Virus record (IMG/VR): IMGVR_UViG_3300023210_000011
Coordinates: 67,436 to 131,435 of that record
DNA from: a virus
Direction: 5' to 3' (one strand)
DNA: 64,000 nt
Position numbers and translations under genes: made by a program. Positions 12,201-19,039 of this stretch are shown piece by piece. The notes under the pieces were generated by a model. It did not search any database. It saw only the letters and a program-made list of their open reading frames with translations, and was not told the origin of the DNA. The number at the start of each line of letters is the position of its first letter. Within the stretch, counting starts at the first letter, position 1.

Positions 12201-12775
12201 ATGATCTCGAAAACGCCCAACGGACGTCCCCCCTGACGTGGACCACCGCGTTCTCGGGCATCTGGCCGAGCAGCCAGGGAGGCTTCGGAGATTGGCGGGA
12301 TTCTGCGTCATCCTTCCGGAAGGGGTACCAGAAAGCCGTCGCATGGGAGGGCCATCTCGTACGCAGACGGGGACGCGACAGCGACTCCGCGGCCGCGGTC
12401 GTCTATGGGGACTCGTTCTTCTCCCAAGCAGAGAACGAGAGCACCTGGACCTGGGGTAATGTTGAGTGGCACACCTCCACGTCCCCAAAAAATGGGTTCA
12501 ATCTCAGGCGGTCTGTGTACGATGCCCAGTCCTTTGTAGCGGCGGGCAGTAGCCCTGGGCCGTTCTACATTCTGCCGCCGCACACACACGGGGACGACGA
12601 GATCTTCACCGATCAGGCGAACACCCCCATAGCCTCGGTGGGGTTTACCGAGCTCGTGGAGTTCCCCTTCGAGAGCTCCTCCCGTGTGGACTCAGATCCC
12701 GCTACCCCCATGGTCAAGTTCCGCGGAGCGCGGCTCACCTGGGTGACTGATCGCCTCTCGGATGGCGGCTGGTAG
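6251..12775 (+). CDS. Very large virion structural / tail-fibre-like protein, about 2174 aa
   Basis: Likely GTG start at 6251 overlapping the upstream TGA (the track extends it to 6119). Rich in G/S/T/D, beta-rich, with no stop for 6.5 kb. Confidence 0.65.
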   Translation: MSDYTRRPFLASQTDKVILSEPVIFGVVHVNVDGDYDDMPASGTLELAIETESTSSPTIETQQWDAAVDDVSLAGLVAAINDSGSPLYPFVEASAFEGVLRLASKQTGYLSAGNPAYLTIHPQTSGSGVTDLGPLVGFALSPHPTATVRAGDLATSSVRAMTQGNRPGSVFIARGEDRTGENFNRALHRLAMNLDNHEVKLVRDVAVPVALEIPEGSSRFRTDVATGQILGVELTIGFGDDLDSVLATGIYVGGPAHDASIDEISKFYSVLDPDWNEISVVSHDDPGPGDVKDTVVRVGTVAYVPSSPPGSYADSDFELDGSSRAALSNDPTFDSYRSAFQDSSNQPGKATSVITEIVDGATVVCATATFETDLVEAGDIAIISSSGVSSPINHDGEYIVDVVVSETELILRPVDEDSLHLLTDDGLGNIEIRPNGEFETSLYLGFEPPLPRVPSGGVKVILGMQDGFGDMPRDFLLVPAVNSADEVDGWVLKNLFRALNLQGIYDGQGQDKGSGFHADATHRPLTMHSIPEANSPSSVRTGASGTIQAGSNWFTIGTGDEFTLPDVGRSFTFTLSGTEHHDWRISRLIDARTVELVPPPHQIGTVLATGSVSAWEIFDTMLPDFQAAISSVTESARAGGFHHTKVNDGTSSGDLSFAHLEHITEFEAFGSSVGAVSLPTLTAALSGDELTFATVNVDDCPSIFPISAHASSRRNDNIRGGVSFAKLTSGTDVGLYLVYSTRISGSGSIVKLQNLDGTSPSFAAGSETVSFYTLRAGFGVPLFGGADDAGRAALSLFEDGVQKGGDSYALRAGWAGPGAGVLVTANDSSFEALLATATDKGAVGPTLKLVAYAPAYGADVEVRGDHSSSSAQGRGEYGIKIVVETYAHDMSQADSTWSDGLRGAGVQAVQEGLDPAGSFIRRAGGSGSVALLYPATLFVASLGEIDHVGAATGMTLVGDLYLPGHQSSGIYTGGSGTFNELRPGYTDLDVDPPTFWGDGAAWLGGPYLLADVGSVTVADPDYSRFNFDHDFVVDLTRADAPDLDARSPAEIVHMGIRLDLSGTPFGGTILGVWDNGSGVYRMAVRAQTGTSHTTGTHDMKAYGRRWFYSYIDIANYSEIGTGVIAPYQDPGSSQTSNTVSTSSIPAVMPDVDQGQDGAGGLRPLITYDFGDGSAGFDYGKLNISTPDSAGLGDLLSLFSFGQRSGENLADYATAVASNDARDEDAWRNLAGALTSAIDGHVSTARAEIGGPAPFVKGQVPSSRDLLRYEMFWDTDAALDPAISGSAHVEVIPNDGVRTFGGWSYSATPHFSGGGSKIVVSRDRADADAGYVYLYLKLARSIVEGNLAFRVLVDALQFSLVDKNMIVEIVEGTSGSTVLASKTISVPTGNNYDRFVIDFLEWTPEDELSRTDQDVFLRISAYLHGPAVVEAAGDTFMGDGSSNGAPPLWYFRGINVHPLEQGLFKGNLTLQGVLRAAGLRSHTPILGHQVVGPSSVQLLQNVGYGDRESDADTSSYARTTGDTPTMPTFASVTYSPLSDPGGIQEGSNVGTLPMFELSSPVRTIQGRDTQPHSKLAYSYSRSDYTDGGLGASAWGDTQPDLDYGSQNISVLAGVFNSEGSSHDYTFTAGTYVMHTFVGVPGIYDRTDIPGGEVGSHYLDGTLKIPNTARWGYAAFAQPQLMFTGDGGSPGTKGPADADVLHLSNHVGTVVRYYRPKFEFGSFFKVGSGSATVDAYHPYFDPFFYWAYCASGVADRLSDDEKEHLVETYGLHADFFTDVDPDGKLGSMVLKDLVAEADYRVNPDFWDMPGRTGFVIPLDPPHGALLSQLEVNLSFIAADGRSRNADGEYSASSSFSVWRSSPDKDAPASEWVDPTAWREREGVIVRLWRHNLFGEFGAQAPNTGASGVSSPSSGFAELLAETEVDLSSTTATAVSEHFELAVAELAANTARVVDRRRYSYHATVEFYVGCRREAPDGLEIPGLGSDDLENAQRTSPLTWTTAFSGIWPSSQGGFGDWRDSASSFRKGYQKAVAWEGHLVRRRGRDSDSAAAVVYGDSFFSQAENESTWTWGNVEWHTSTSPKNGFNLRRSVYDAQSFVAAGSSPGPFYILPPHTHGDDEIFTDQANTPIASVGFTELVEFPFESSSRVDSDPATPMVKFRGARLTWVTDRLSDGGW

Positions 12776-12783
12776 TGTGAGCT

Positions 12784-12819
12784 AAAGAAAGGCGGCCCTC
12801 CAACAGTGGAAGGGCCGCC
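12784..12819 (-). terminator. Intrinsic terminator ending the leftward replication operon
   Basis: Minus strand GGCGGCCC-T-TCCA-CTGT-TGGA-GGGCCGCC followed by TTTCTTT, at the convergence of + and - genes. Confidence 0.8.
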
Positions 12820-12834
12820 CAGAAGTATGAAACG

Positions 12835-13017
12835 CTACACGGTGAGGCTGAGAACCAGCGCGACAGCCTGTTCGAGGGAATCCCCCCGATACAGGAAGCC
12901 GGCGTCGTTCAGCAGGGCCTTCACCTCCCGAAGCCCCATGTCTGCGAGGTCTCCCTCAGAGAACAGGGTGACTCGGTTCAGCTGCGCCAGTCCACGTCGC
13001 TCAGGCTCGTGATCTCG
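12835..13017 (-). CDS. Unannotated open -1 frame (60 codons): either a frameshift extension of the 12978..13895 gene or a 34-aa ORF from ATG 12939
   Basis: Reads RDHEPERRGLAQLNRVTLFSEGDLADMGLREVKALLNDAGFLYRGDSLEQAVALVLSLTV-TAG with coding-like codons and fills the gap up to the terminator. Confidence 0.5.
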   Translation of the reverse strand, partial: RDHEPERRGLAQLNRVTLFSEGDLADMGLREVKALLNDAGFLYRGDSLEQAVALVLSLTV

Positions 13018-13895
13018 TTTCCCGAGTCCACGTCCTGGTTGTACTGGTACGCCAGGTAGCCATCCAGGGTCTCCAGGTGCTCCAGGACACGGGTGAGGAC
13101 GGTCTCGACTCCCTCGAGCCGGGACGCCTGCGCATCGACGTGCTTGTCGAGCATGGTGCCGATGGTGGTGACCATGCCCTCGAGCTTCTCGAGATCGGCC
13201 GAAGCTGCCGCGGGGGCGGCGGGGGCGGCGGCCGTCTTCTTGGCCTTCGCGGGAGCACGACGGGCCGGCGCCTTCTTCACGGGTGCCTTCTTGGCCGGGG
13301 CCTTCTTCTCGACCTCCTCCTCCTCTTCCTCGGAAGCCTCTTCCTCGACCTCCTCCTCGACCTCCTCCTTGGGAGCGGGCTTCTTCCGGGGGCGGCGCGG
13401 CTTCTTGGCCGGGGCCTTCTTGGGGGGCGCCTCTTCCTCGGCCTTCTCCTCGGCCTTCTCCTCACCACCGCTACCCGCGGGGGCTCCGTTCTCCTTCAGG
13501 TCGGCGAGCAGCGTCTTGAGCTCCTCGACATCCAGGTCCCCGATGCTCTCGTAGGGCGCCGCGCCCTCATCGGTGGTGAACTTGGAGATCATCTCGGCCA
13601 GGTCAGCGGCGGGGATCTTGAAGGAGTTGCCGCCGCGGGGCGGGATCAGACCGAGGTGAATGGCGATTCCGCGCAGGTACCGCTTCTGTCCAACAGGCAT
13701 AGGTAGAGTCTCTCGTTTGGGGTTTTTCGTACAAACGGCGAAGGCGCCGAAGTCGAAGACGGCTCGAATTCGTGCGCGAGTCACCCCCTCATGGGATTCC
13801 TCGTGCAGGGAGCAACCTCCCCCGTCTTCGAGCATGACGGGGAAGACCTTCTTGCATTTCGCAAGCCGGGCGCAGCTAACACACGGCTCGAACAT
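12978..13895 (-). CDS. Histone-H1-like (PAKK repeat) and acidic low-complexity DNA-binding protein, about 305 aa
   Basis: KKAPAKKAPVKKAPARRAPAKAKK, EEEVEEEVEEE and KAEEKAEEE tracts. Start placed at ATG 13895 (TGATG overlap with the upstream gene); alternative start 13700. Confidence 0.65.
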   Translation of the reverse strand: MFEPCVSCARLAKCKKVFPVMLEDGGGCSLHEESHEGVTRARIRAVFDFGAFAVCTKNPKRETLPMPVGQKRYLRGIAIHLGLIPPRGGNSFKIPAADLAEMISKFTTDEGAAPYESIGDLDVEELKTLLADLKENGAPAGSGGEEKAEEKAEEEAPPKKAPAKKPRRPRKKPAPKEEVEEEVEEEASEEEEEEVEKKAPAKKAPVKKAPARRAPAKAKKTAAAPAAPAAASADLEKLEGMVTTIGTMLDKHVDAQASRLEGVETVLTRVLEHLETLDGYLAYQYNQDVDSGNEITSLSDVDWRS

Positions 13896-14188
13896 CACAG
13901 GATCTCGTTGCGGAACTTCGCCCAGCACCCGAGCACGATGGTGTCCGGACACCCGAAGGTGACGCAGGTACCGTCGCATGTGGGGAGCTGGGTTCGGATC
14001 CTGCGCCAGTTTCTCTTGATGTGGCGCTCCATCGTTTCTCGGTGCTCATCCAGGCGGCAGTTCTCCGGGACTTCGCCACCCTCGAGCGCATCCAGGACCG
14101 CAGCAGAGGAGCTGCCCCGAGACAGGTTCCCAAGGCCTTCTTCGCGCGCGATATCGATGAGTTCACTCTTGTTGATCTCGTCACCCAT
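13895..14188 (-). CDS. Hypothetical protein with HeH/Rho-N-like start and Cys-rich end, 97 aa
   Basis: KSELIDIAREEGL..LSRG helix pattern; CDGTCVTFGC; overlaps its neighbours. Confidence 0.6.
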   Translation of the reverse strand: MGDEINKSELIDIAREEGLGNLSRGSSSAAVLDALEGGEVPENCRLDEHRETMERHIKRNWRRIRTQLPTCDGTCVTFGCPDTIVLGCWAKFRNEIL

Positions 14189-14642
14189 CGGGGACTCCGA
14201 AGTCTTCTGGGTCAGAGGGCTCCAGGAGCAGGTGTACCCCTACTTTGTCTCCCATCTCTTTCCGCAGGTACAGCTCGAAGAAGAGGCAGTCGTCGATTGA
14301 CCCTCCAAGGGCTTCGACGAGGCAGTCCTCGATCAACTTCCGCCTATTTCCTACGTCGAATTTCTTATAGCGGGTTTTTGCCTTTCCTTTAGCCCACCCC
14401 TTGTTGATGACCGTTTCGAAGGTGAATGAGAGCGAGAGCGTGTAGATGGACCGCGGAGTGTGCTTCGCTACGAAACGGTTGATCTCCGTGAAGTAGTTCT
14501 CTCTGAGGTACTGCGTGAACACGATCTTGAAGTCGCGCGCCTCCTTGGAGTAGACCTGACCTCCCTGCCGACGGTGAACCCGGATTCGGTTCTCCGACGG
14601 AGGGAGGTACGGCACCCACAGCTCAAGATCTGCGGTACCCAT
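14181..14642 (-). CDS. rusA: RusA-like Holliday junction resolvase, 153 aa
   Basis: KFDVGNRRKLIEDCL...IDD matches the RusA DxDNxxKxxxDxL...DD signature, except that the second Asp is Gly. Confidence 0.6.
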   Translation of the reverse strand: MGTADLELWVPYLPPSENRIRVHRRQGGQVYSKEARDFKIVFTQYLRENYFTEINRFVAKHTPRSIYTLSLSFTFETVINKGWAKGKAKTRYKKFDVGNRRKLIEDCLVEALGGSIDDCLFFELYLRKEMGDKVGVHLLLEPSDPEDFGVPDG

Positions 14643-15174
14643 CTACGTTCCTCCGGCGCTTCTTGCCGTCCACCTCCATGCGCTTCGTCTCGATGAGCCG
14701 GGAGATGACCGCCCGGTCGCGAGAGGCGGACTTGGTGAGGCCCTCCAGGAGCTCGAGGTAGGTCTTCGCCTCGACGTAGTTCACGTCCGCTTCGACGTAG
14801 CGAATGTCCGTGAGGCACTCATCATCCTTCGTCTGGGCGCTCCCCGCCTTCTGCTTCCGAACCAGGGACTTGGTCAGCTTCAGCTTCCGGTCGGCGTTGA
14901 GGACCTCCGCCCGCGCCACTGTGGCCAGGTTCTCCAGGAAATCCGCGTAGCCGCACATCAGCGCGAAGATGGTCCCCAGCTCCTTGGAGGTGAAGTCCGT
15001 GATGTTGGAGGGCAGGTGCCCGTCGAAGGGGTCTCCGTTCTTGTCGTAGGGCCGCTGGGGGGTGTTCAGCCCCTGCTCCTCCAGTCGCGCGAGGGCGCGC
15101 TCTGCGGCGGTGTTGTACATCTCCTCGCCCTCTTCGAGGCCGACGGTGAAGTCTGTTCCTTTGGTGCGGCTCAC
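14623..15174 (-). CDS. Hypothetical coiled-coil protein, possibly a UvsY-like recombination mediator, 183 aa
   Basis: Helical C-terminal half (KDDECLTDIRY...YLELLEGL...ISRLIE) inside a recombination cluster; function is inferred from context only. Confidence 0.35.
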   Translation of the reverse strand: MSRTKGTDFTVGLEEGEEMYNTAAERALARLEEQGLNTPQRPYDKNGDPFDGHLPSNITDFTSKELGTIFALMCGYADFLENLATVARAEVLNADRKLKLTKSLVRKQKAGSAQTKDDECLTDIRYVEADVNYVEAKTYLELLEGLTKSASRDRAVISRLIETKRMEVDGKKRRRNVDGYRRS

Positions 15175-15980
15175 AGCTTGTGCTCACAGAAGTAGGCGTA
15201 GGGGCAGAAGTTGCACTGGTCCTTCGTGGCATCCGCGATGGGAGGCTTGCCCTCCTCGAGCGCAGCTTCCACGCGCGAACCCTTGTTCTTCCACCACCGT
15301 CGGTAGATCTTGGGGTCATACGGGACCACGAACTCCTTGACGGAGTGCGGCCACTTCTTCGCGACGTAGAGGAACGAGATGAAGGGAGTGTCCAGCGCAG
15401 TCGCGTAGATGCCCACAGCCTGGATCAGGTGCTCCTTCTTCGGAGCCTGCAGGCGATCGAACTCCGCCCCCATGCTCTTGATCTCCAGCAGAACCCGAGT
15501 CTGCGGAAGGTCCACCACCCCGTCCGTCCGGCTGTTGCTCACGAACGCCTCTGGGAGATCCACCCGGACCTCATCCCGGAACTGGCCCGGGAGCGCCGTA
15601 TGCAGTGCCTTCTGGACCACATCGTGGATGGCGTGGCCCATGGAGAAGGTGATCATCAGCTCGGGCTTGATCTTCTGCTTCGGGCGGAAGCTGCCATCTG
15701 CGTCGTAGTACAGCCGACGGATGCAGCCGTGGGCCGAGCTCGCGTGGATGGTCCCCACGCTCCGGTGGTACTTCTTGACCTTGCCGCCCCCATGACAGGT
15801 CCCGCACTCCAGGTCGGGCTCCTCTTCCTGCCACGCCTCGTACTCATCGAGAGTCAGCCCCTCTTCTGACCCATTTCGCTTCACTCCCGTGTAGTAGTAC
15901 CCGCGGAGGTTGATCGTGCTTCGAATCTCCTCGACTTCTCGTGAGTCAGCCTTGAGCAGATCGTCAATCGTTCGGATCAT
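15171..15980 (-). CDS. Cas4-like PD-(D/E)xK exonuclease, 269 aa
   Basis: HASS..GCIRRLYY, MGHAIH, RTDG, LLEIKS, QAVGIY and terminal CNFCPYAYFC (split 4-Cys Fe-S pattern). Confidence 0.8.
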   Translation of the reverse strand: MIRTIDDLLKADSREVEEIRSTINLRGYYYTGVKRNGSEEGLTLDEYEAWQEEEPDLECGTCHGGGKVKKYHRSVGTIHASSAHGCIRRLYYDADGSFRPKQKIKPELMITFSMGHAIHDVVQKALHTALPGQFRDEVRVDLPEAFVSNSRTDGVVDLPQTRVLLEIKSMGAEFDRLQAPKKEHLIQAVGIYATALDTPFISFLYVAKKWPHSVKEFVVPYDPKIYRRWWKNKGSRVEAALEEGKPPIADATKDQCNFCPYAYFCEHKL

Positions 15981-16425
15981 TCTGGTAGGTCTCCAGTAGT
16001 TGAAGGAACCAGTCCTCGGGGACGACGTAGTACGCCTCCCCCGACTCCCGGTACTCGATGTAGAACAGGGGAATCTGGTCCCCAGTGGCCTGTTCAGCCA
16101 CCTTCAGGAGGTCCGCCACCTTCAAGGTGAATGACTTCTTATCCGTGTACTTGCACTCAACGCGGACAGCGTCTGACCGCACGTCCCCTTTGTCGATGGG
16201 GGTCTGGCCGGAGGCGATCGTAGTGCGCCCGCCCACTTGCTTGGCGACGCGCTTCTCCTGCTTGTCCGACTGCTTCCGGTAGCTGCGGGCCCCAGAACGG
16301 AGCTTGTCCTTCTGGGGCGCCTCTCGCTTTGCCTTCCAGGTGCGCCCGCACTTCTGGCACTTCAGCTTGCCCAGTGCCCAGGGCCTCAAGAGGCCCCGGC
16401 ACACAGCGCATAGATCCTCGCTCAC
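15964..16425 (-). CDS. Hjc-like PD-(D/E)xK endonuclease / Holliday junction resolvase, 153 aa
   Basis: QEKRVAK..GGR....SG....KGDV....VECKYT..KSFTLK; N-terminal CxxC..CxxC. Confidence 0.7.
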   Translation of the reverse strand: MSEDLCAVCRGLLRPWALGKLKCQKCGRTWKAKREAPQKDKLRSGARSYRKQSDKQEKRVAKQVGGRTTIASGQTPIDKGDVRSDAVRVECKYTDKKSFTLKVADLLKVAEQATGDQIPLFYIEYRESGEAYYVVPEDWFLQLLETYQNDPND

Positions 16426-17588
16426 CCGTAGCTACAGCGAACGCCAGCTGCCGAGAGAGTCTTCTTCTCCAGGAGCTCCAGGAGCCCGTCCGTCTCTCGG
16501 ACAAACTCAGCAGCAGCCCGTGCTCCCTGCCCGATCTGCTCACCTTCGTAGGAGTACCACGCGCCCTTCCGGGTCACGATCCCGTAGTCGCCCGCTACCG
16601 CGACAGAGTGTGCTTCTCTGTCGATGCCGCAGTGCTCGTACATGAAGTCGAAGGTCCCGCGAGCACCCTCGTGCCCTCCCGCCTTCTGCTTGGTGATCTC
16701 CCAGCGGATGGTCTTGCCGGTCAACAGCTTGCCGTCCTTGATCTTGGCCTGGGGCGCCATCTCCACCGTCACCCATCGGGCGTGCTTCAGTGCCCAGCCG
16801 CCGGCCTCCAGCGTCTTCGGGCTGTACTTGTTGGCCCGGTCGGTGTTGTCCCGAACCTGGTTGATCCCGATGACGCAGGTGAGGTTGGGATTGCCGTCCT
16901 TGTCCGGAGACAGGGCCGTGTTGAGCTTGCGCGCGAACCTGGTGTTCAGCATCGCCGCTCCTCCCACTCGAGGGGAGTCTCCCAGCTCTCCCACGTTGTC
17001 GTGCTCCGTCAGAAGAGACCCGAAAGAGTCGATGACGACGATGTCGAACTCACGACTGGCGATGACATCGATCGCGATCTGCAGGGCCTCCTCCGCCGTA
17101 GACGGCGGGATGGTGGCAAACTCCCCGATCTGCTCGGTCAGCGCCCCCACGATCTCATCCGAGGGGTCCTCCAGGAGATCTTCACGGTACTCCGAGATGA
17201 AGTGAGCGACCTCGAGGTCCGAGAAGGAGACCTTCACGCCGCAGGCGTGGGCGAACTCCTTGTCGAAGACCATCTCGGTAGACACGACGGCCACCGAAGT
17301 CTTCTCCCCATGCTGCCGCTGGTGCTCTCGGATGACCTGGTTGGCCAGCCAGTTCTTCCCCACTCCCTGCTTGCCCGTGAAGAAGGACATCCCTCCAGCG
17401 GGGAGCCCTCCCCCAAGCGCGATGTCCAGATCCAGGACCCCTGTGGGCAGGCGCTTGACCTTCCAGGGCATCGTGTACTCCCCAGCCGTGAAGACCCGGC
17501 CGGGGTACTTGCTCTTCAGCTTGTTGATGACTGCAGAAGCCCGACTACCGGCTGCGGTGGCGGCGGGGGCCTTCTTCTTTCTTGGCAT
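16422..17588 (-). CDS. recA: RecA recombinase, about 388 aa
   Basis: PTGVLDLDIALGGGLPAG, P-loop GKQGVGKN, Walker B IVVIDSFGSL, INQVRD, GGWALKH, KGAWYSYEGEQIGQG. Confidence 0.92.
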   Translation of the reverse strand: MPRKKKAPAATAAGSRASAVINKLKSKYPGRVFTAGEYTMPWKVKRLPTGVLDLDIALGGGLPAGGMSFFTGKQGVGKNWLANQVIREHQRQHGEKTSVAVVSTEMVFDKEFAHACGVKVSFSDLEVAHFISEYREDLLEDPSDEIVGALTEQIGEFATIPPSTAEEALQIAIDVIASREFDIVVIDSFGSLLTEHDNVGELGDSPRVGGAAMLNTRFARKLNTALSPDKDGNPNLTCVIGINQVRDNTDRANKYSPKTLEAGGWALKHARWVTVEMAPQAKIKDGKLLTGKTIRWEITKQKAGGHEGARGTFDFMYEHCGIDREAHSVAVAGDYGIVTRKGAWYSYEGEQIGQGARAAAEFVRETDGLLELLEKKTLSAAGVRCSYG

Positions 17589-17739
17589 GCTTCTCCCAAG
17601 GGCGTGTCCCACAGTTGGGACAGTGGGGGGTCATCCCCCCGTGGTTGACGTTTCGAGAACCGCACTCAGGGCAGGGCGCAGCCCCATCCGTGGCGGTCTT
17701 CATGTGGTGGTTGTCCAGGACGACAGCGTATTTGTCCAT
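17545..17739 (-). CDS. Small zinc-ribbon protein, 64 aa
   Basis: CPECGS...CPNCGT; overlaps its neighbours. Confidence 0.6.
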   Translation of the reverse strand: MDKYAVVLDNHHMKTATDGAAPCPECGSRNVNHGGMTPHCPNCGTRPWEKHAKKEEGPRRHRSR

Positions 17740-18017
17740 GAGTTCATCTCCAGGCGGAAGGCACGGATGGGCTTGATGCCCAGCATCAGCCTAACCACCG
17801 TCTTCCTCTCTCGGTTCTCCGCACCCGGAGGAGAGGTGAAGGAACTGTGTTGTCGGGCAGAGCAGGTGATCCGGAACAGGCCTCGAAAGACCACCTCCTG
17901 CTGCCGTACAAGATTCTCGGCCATGACCTCCTTGAGGGAGTTCATCATCAGCTGTACCGCTGGCAGGGGGATGCCAGTCCTCTTCATGATTTCCTCTTCC
18001 ATTTCTCGCTGGGTCAC
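17700..18017 (-). CDS. HU/IHF-like DNA-binding protein, about 105 aa
   Basis: GTG start overlapping the upstream TGA; EEIMKRTGI....QLMMNSL.EVM.ENL..QQEVVFRGLFRI..SAR fits the HU/IHF helix-helix-beta-arm pattern. Confidence 0.7.
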   Translation of the reverse strand: MTQREMEEEIMKRTGIPLPAVQLMMNSLKEVMAENLVRQQEVVFRGLFRITCSARQHSSFTSPPGAENRERKTVVRLMLGIKPIRAFRLEMNSWTNTLSSWTTTT

Positions 18018-18217
18018 GGAGCCACCAGATCTTCCAGAAGGTGCGCGTGCTCCGAGCACGCTTCCCACGTCGTGCGGGAGTCCGTGAAGCCGCCGCGCCT
18101 CCAGCCGCTGCCGATGACATGCGGCCCCGGCTTGAGAGTCGCGGAGCACCAGTCGCACTTGATCTCGACGAGGACCGTCTCGCCCGTATCCTCTCGCCTG
18201 GCGTAGACGCGGCTCAC
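18014..18217 (-). CDS. Small hypothetical protein, 67 aa (paralogous N-terminus with 18591..18746)
   Basis: MSRVYARREDTGETVLVEIKCDWCSAT...; GTGA overlaps at both ends. Confidence 0.65.
   Translation of the reverse strand: MSRVYARREDTGETVLVEIKCDWCSATLKPGPHVIGSGWRRGGFTDSRTTWEACSEHAHLLEDLVAP
18141..18217. repeat. Copy 1 of an approximately 77-bp imperfect direct repeat
   Basis: gcggagcaccagtcgcacttgatctcgacgagga...cgcctggcgtaga shared with 18670..18746. Confidence 0.9.
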
Positions 18218-18594
18218 CCTTCTTCCGGGGCCGCTGCGTTGATCTCTTCGAATGTGCGTCGGTCTGACCGGCCCTCTCGCTGGCAGCGAGGAGGATCGCC
18301 CATGAAGCCGTCCATGCCGTCAGGATCGCGGCCCCCGCAGCGCATGGTTTCCCCGCAGACGCCGCAGTACTCCTGGCTCCCCCGCCCCCCGCACACAGGG
18401 CACGAGCGCGTCCGCTTCTTCGGGTCCCTGCCGGCGCCCTGACAACGGCTGCATCGGCCCTCGATGACGTTGCCGGGGAGGGCCCAGGATGCATAGGCGG
18501 CCGGCAGTGCGGCCTCTTGGTGCTCCCGCACCGAAGAGCGGGGGTCCATGGAGGCGCGCGCTCCTGCCATGAAGGCTTCTTTCTCGGTACTCAT
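18214..18594 (-). CDS. Protein with DnaJ-type CxxCxGxG zinc finger, 126 aa
   Basis: CSRCQGAG and CPVCGGRG, plus CGVCG; overlaps its neighbours. Confidence 0.65.
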   Translation of the reverse strand: MSTEKEAFMAGARASMDPRSSVREHQEAALPAAYASWALPGNVIEGRCSRCQGAGRDPKKRTRSCPVCGGRGSQEYCGVCGETMRCGGRDPDGMDGFMGDPPRCQREGRSDRRTFEEINAAAPEEG

Positions 18595-18746
18595 CGCTCA
18601 CCTGTGTCGTTGTGTGTGAAGAGCGCAGCGCGCTTCTCAATGGCCCAGTGGGTAGCCTCATCCTCGGTCGCGGAGCACCAGTCGCACTTGATCTCGACGA
18701 GGATGTCTTCGCCGGTGTCTTCCCGCCTGGCGTAGATGCGACTCAT
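18591..18746 (-). CDS. Small hypothetical protein, 51 aa (not in the ORF track)
   Basis: MSRIYARREDTGEDILVEIKCDWCSATEDEATHWAIEKRAALFTHNDTGER; ATGA overlaps at both ends; GAGG upstream. Confidence 0.7.
   Translation of the reverse strand: MSRIYARREDTGEDILVEIKCDWCSATEDEATHWAIEKRAALFTHNDTGER
18670..18746. repeat. Copy 2 of the approximately 77-bp imperfect direct repeat
   Basis: Same sequence as 18141..18217 with mostly synonymous differences. Confidence 0.9.
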
Positions 18747-19039
18747 TCCTCACCCTCATCGAGCTCGCGCACGGAAGAAAACCTCCCGACGAGCTCCCCT
18801 CCGGCCACCACATCAAAGGGCACATCGTCGTGCTGAAGTTGCGTGAAGATGGTCTCGATCGCGGGGTAGGGCTCGATGGTCTGCTGCGTGACCTCGTACA
18901 CGCCCTCCCCTGGCCGATCTTTGCGGAACTTGATCCCGTAGTGGGCACCTCGCGAGTGGCCGCAGAGGATGCAGGGAGAGTCGGGCGGCCCCCCGATATC
19001 GAGGCAGAAGTTTCGACAGGGCTTCTCGTGCTTGCTCAC
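18743..19039 (-). CDS. Hypothetical protein, about 98 aa
   Basis: GTG start overlapping the upstream TGA; CRNFC..CILCGH..H metal-binding pattern. Confidence 0.6.
   Translation of the reverse strand: MSKHEKPCRNFCLDIGGPPDSPCILCGHSRGAHYGIKFRKDRPGEGVYEVTQQTIEPYPAIETIFTQLQHDDVPFDVVAGGELVGRFSSVRELDEGEE

Noticed and set aside
15171-15980. Cas4-like gene as a sign of a CRISPR-Cas system
   Set aside because: No repeat-spacer array or other cas genes are visible; solo Cas4-like nucleases are common in phage recombination modules.
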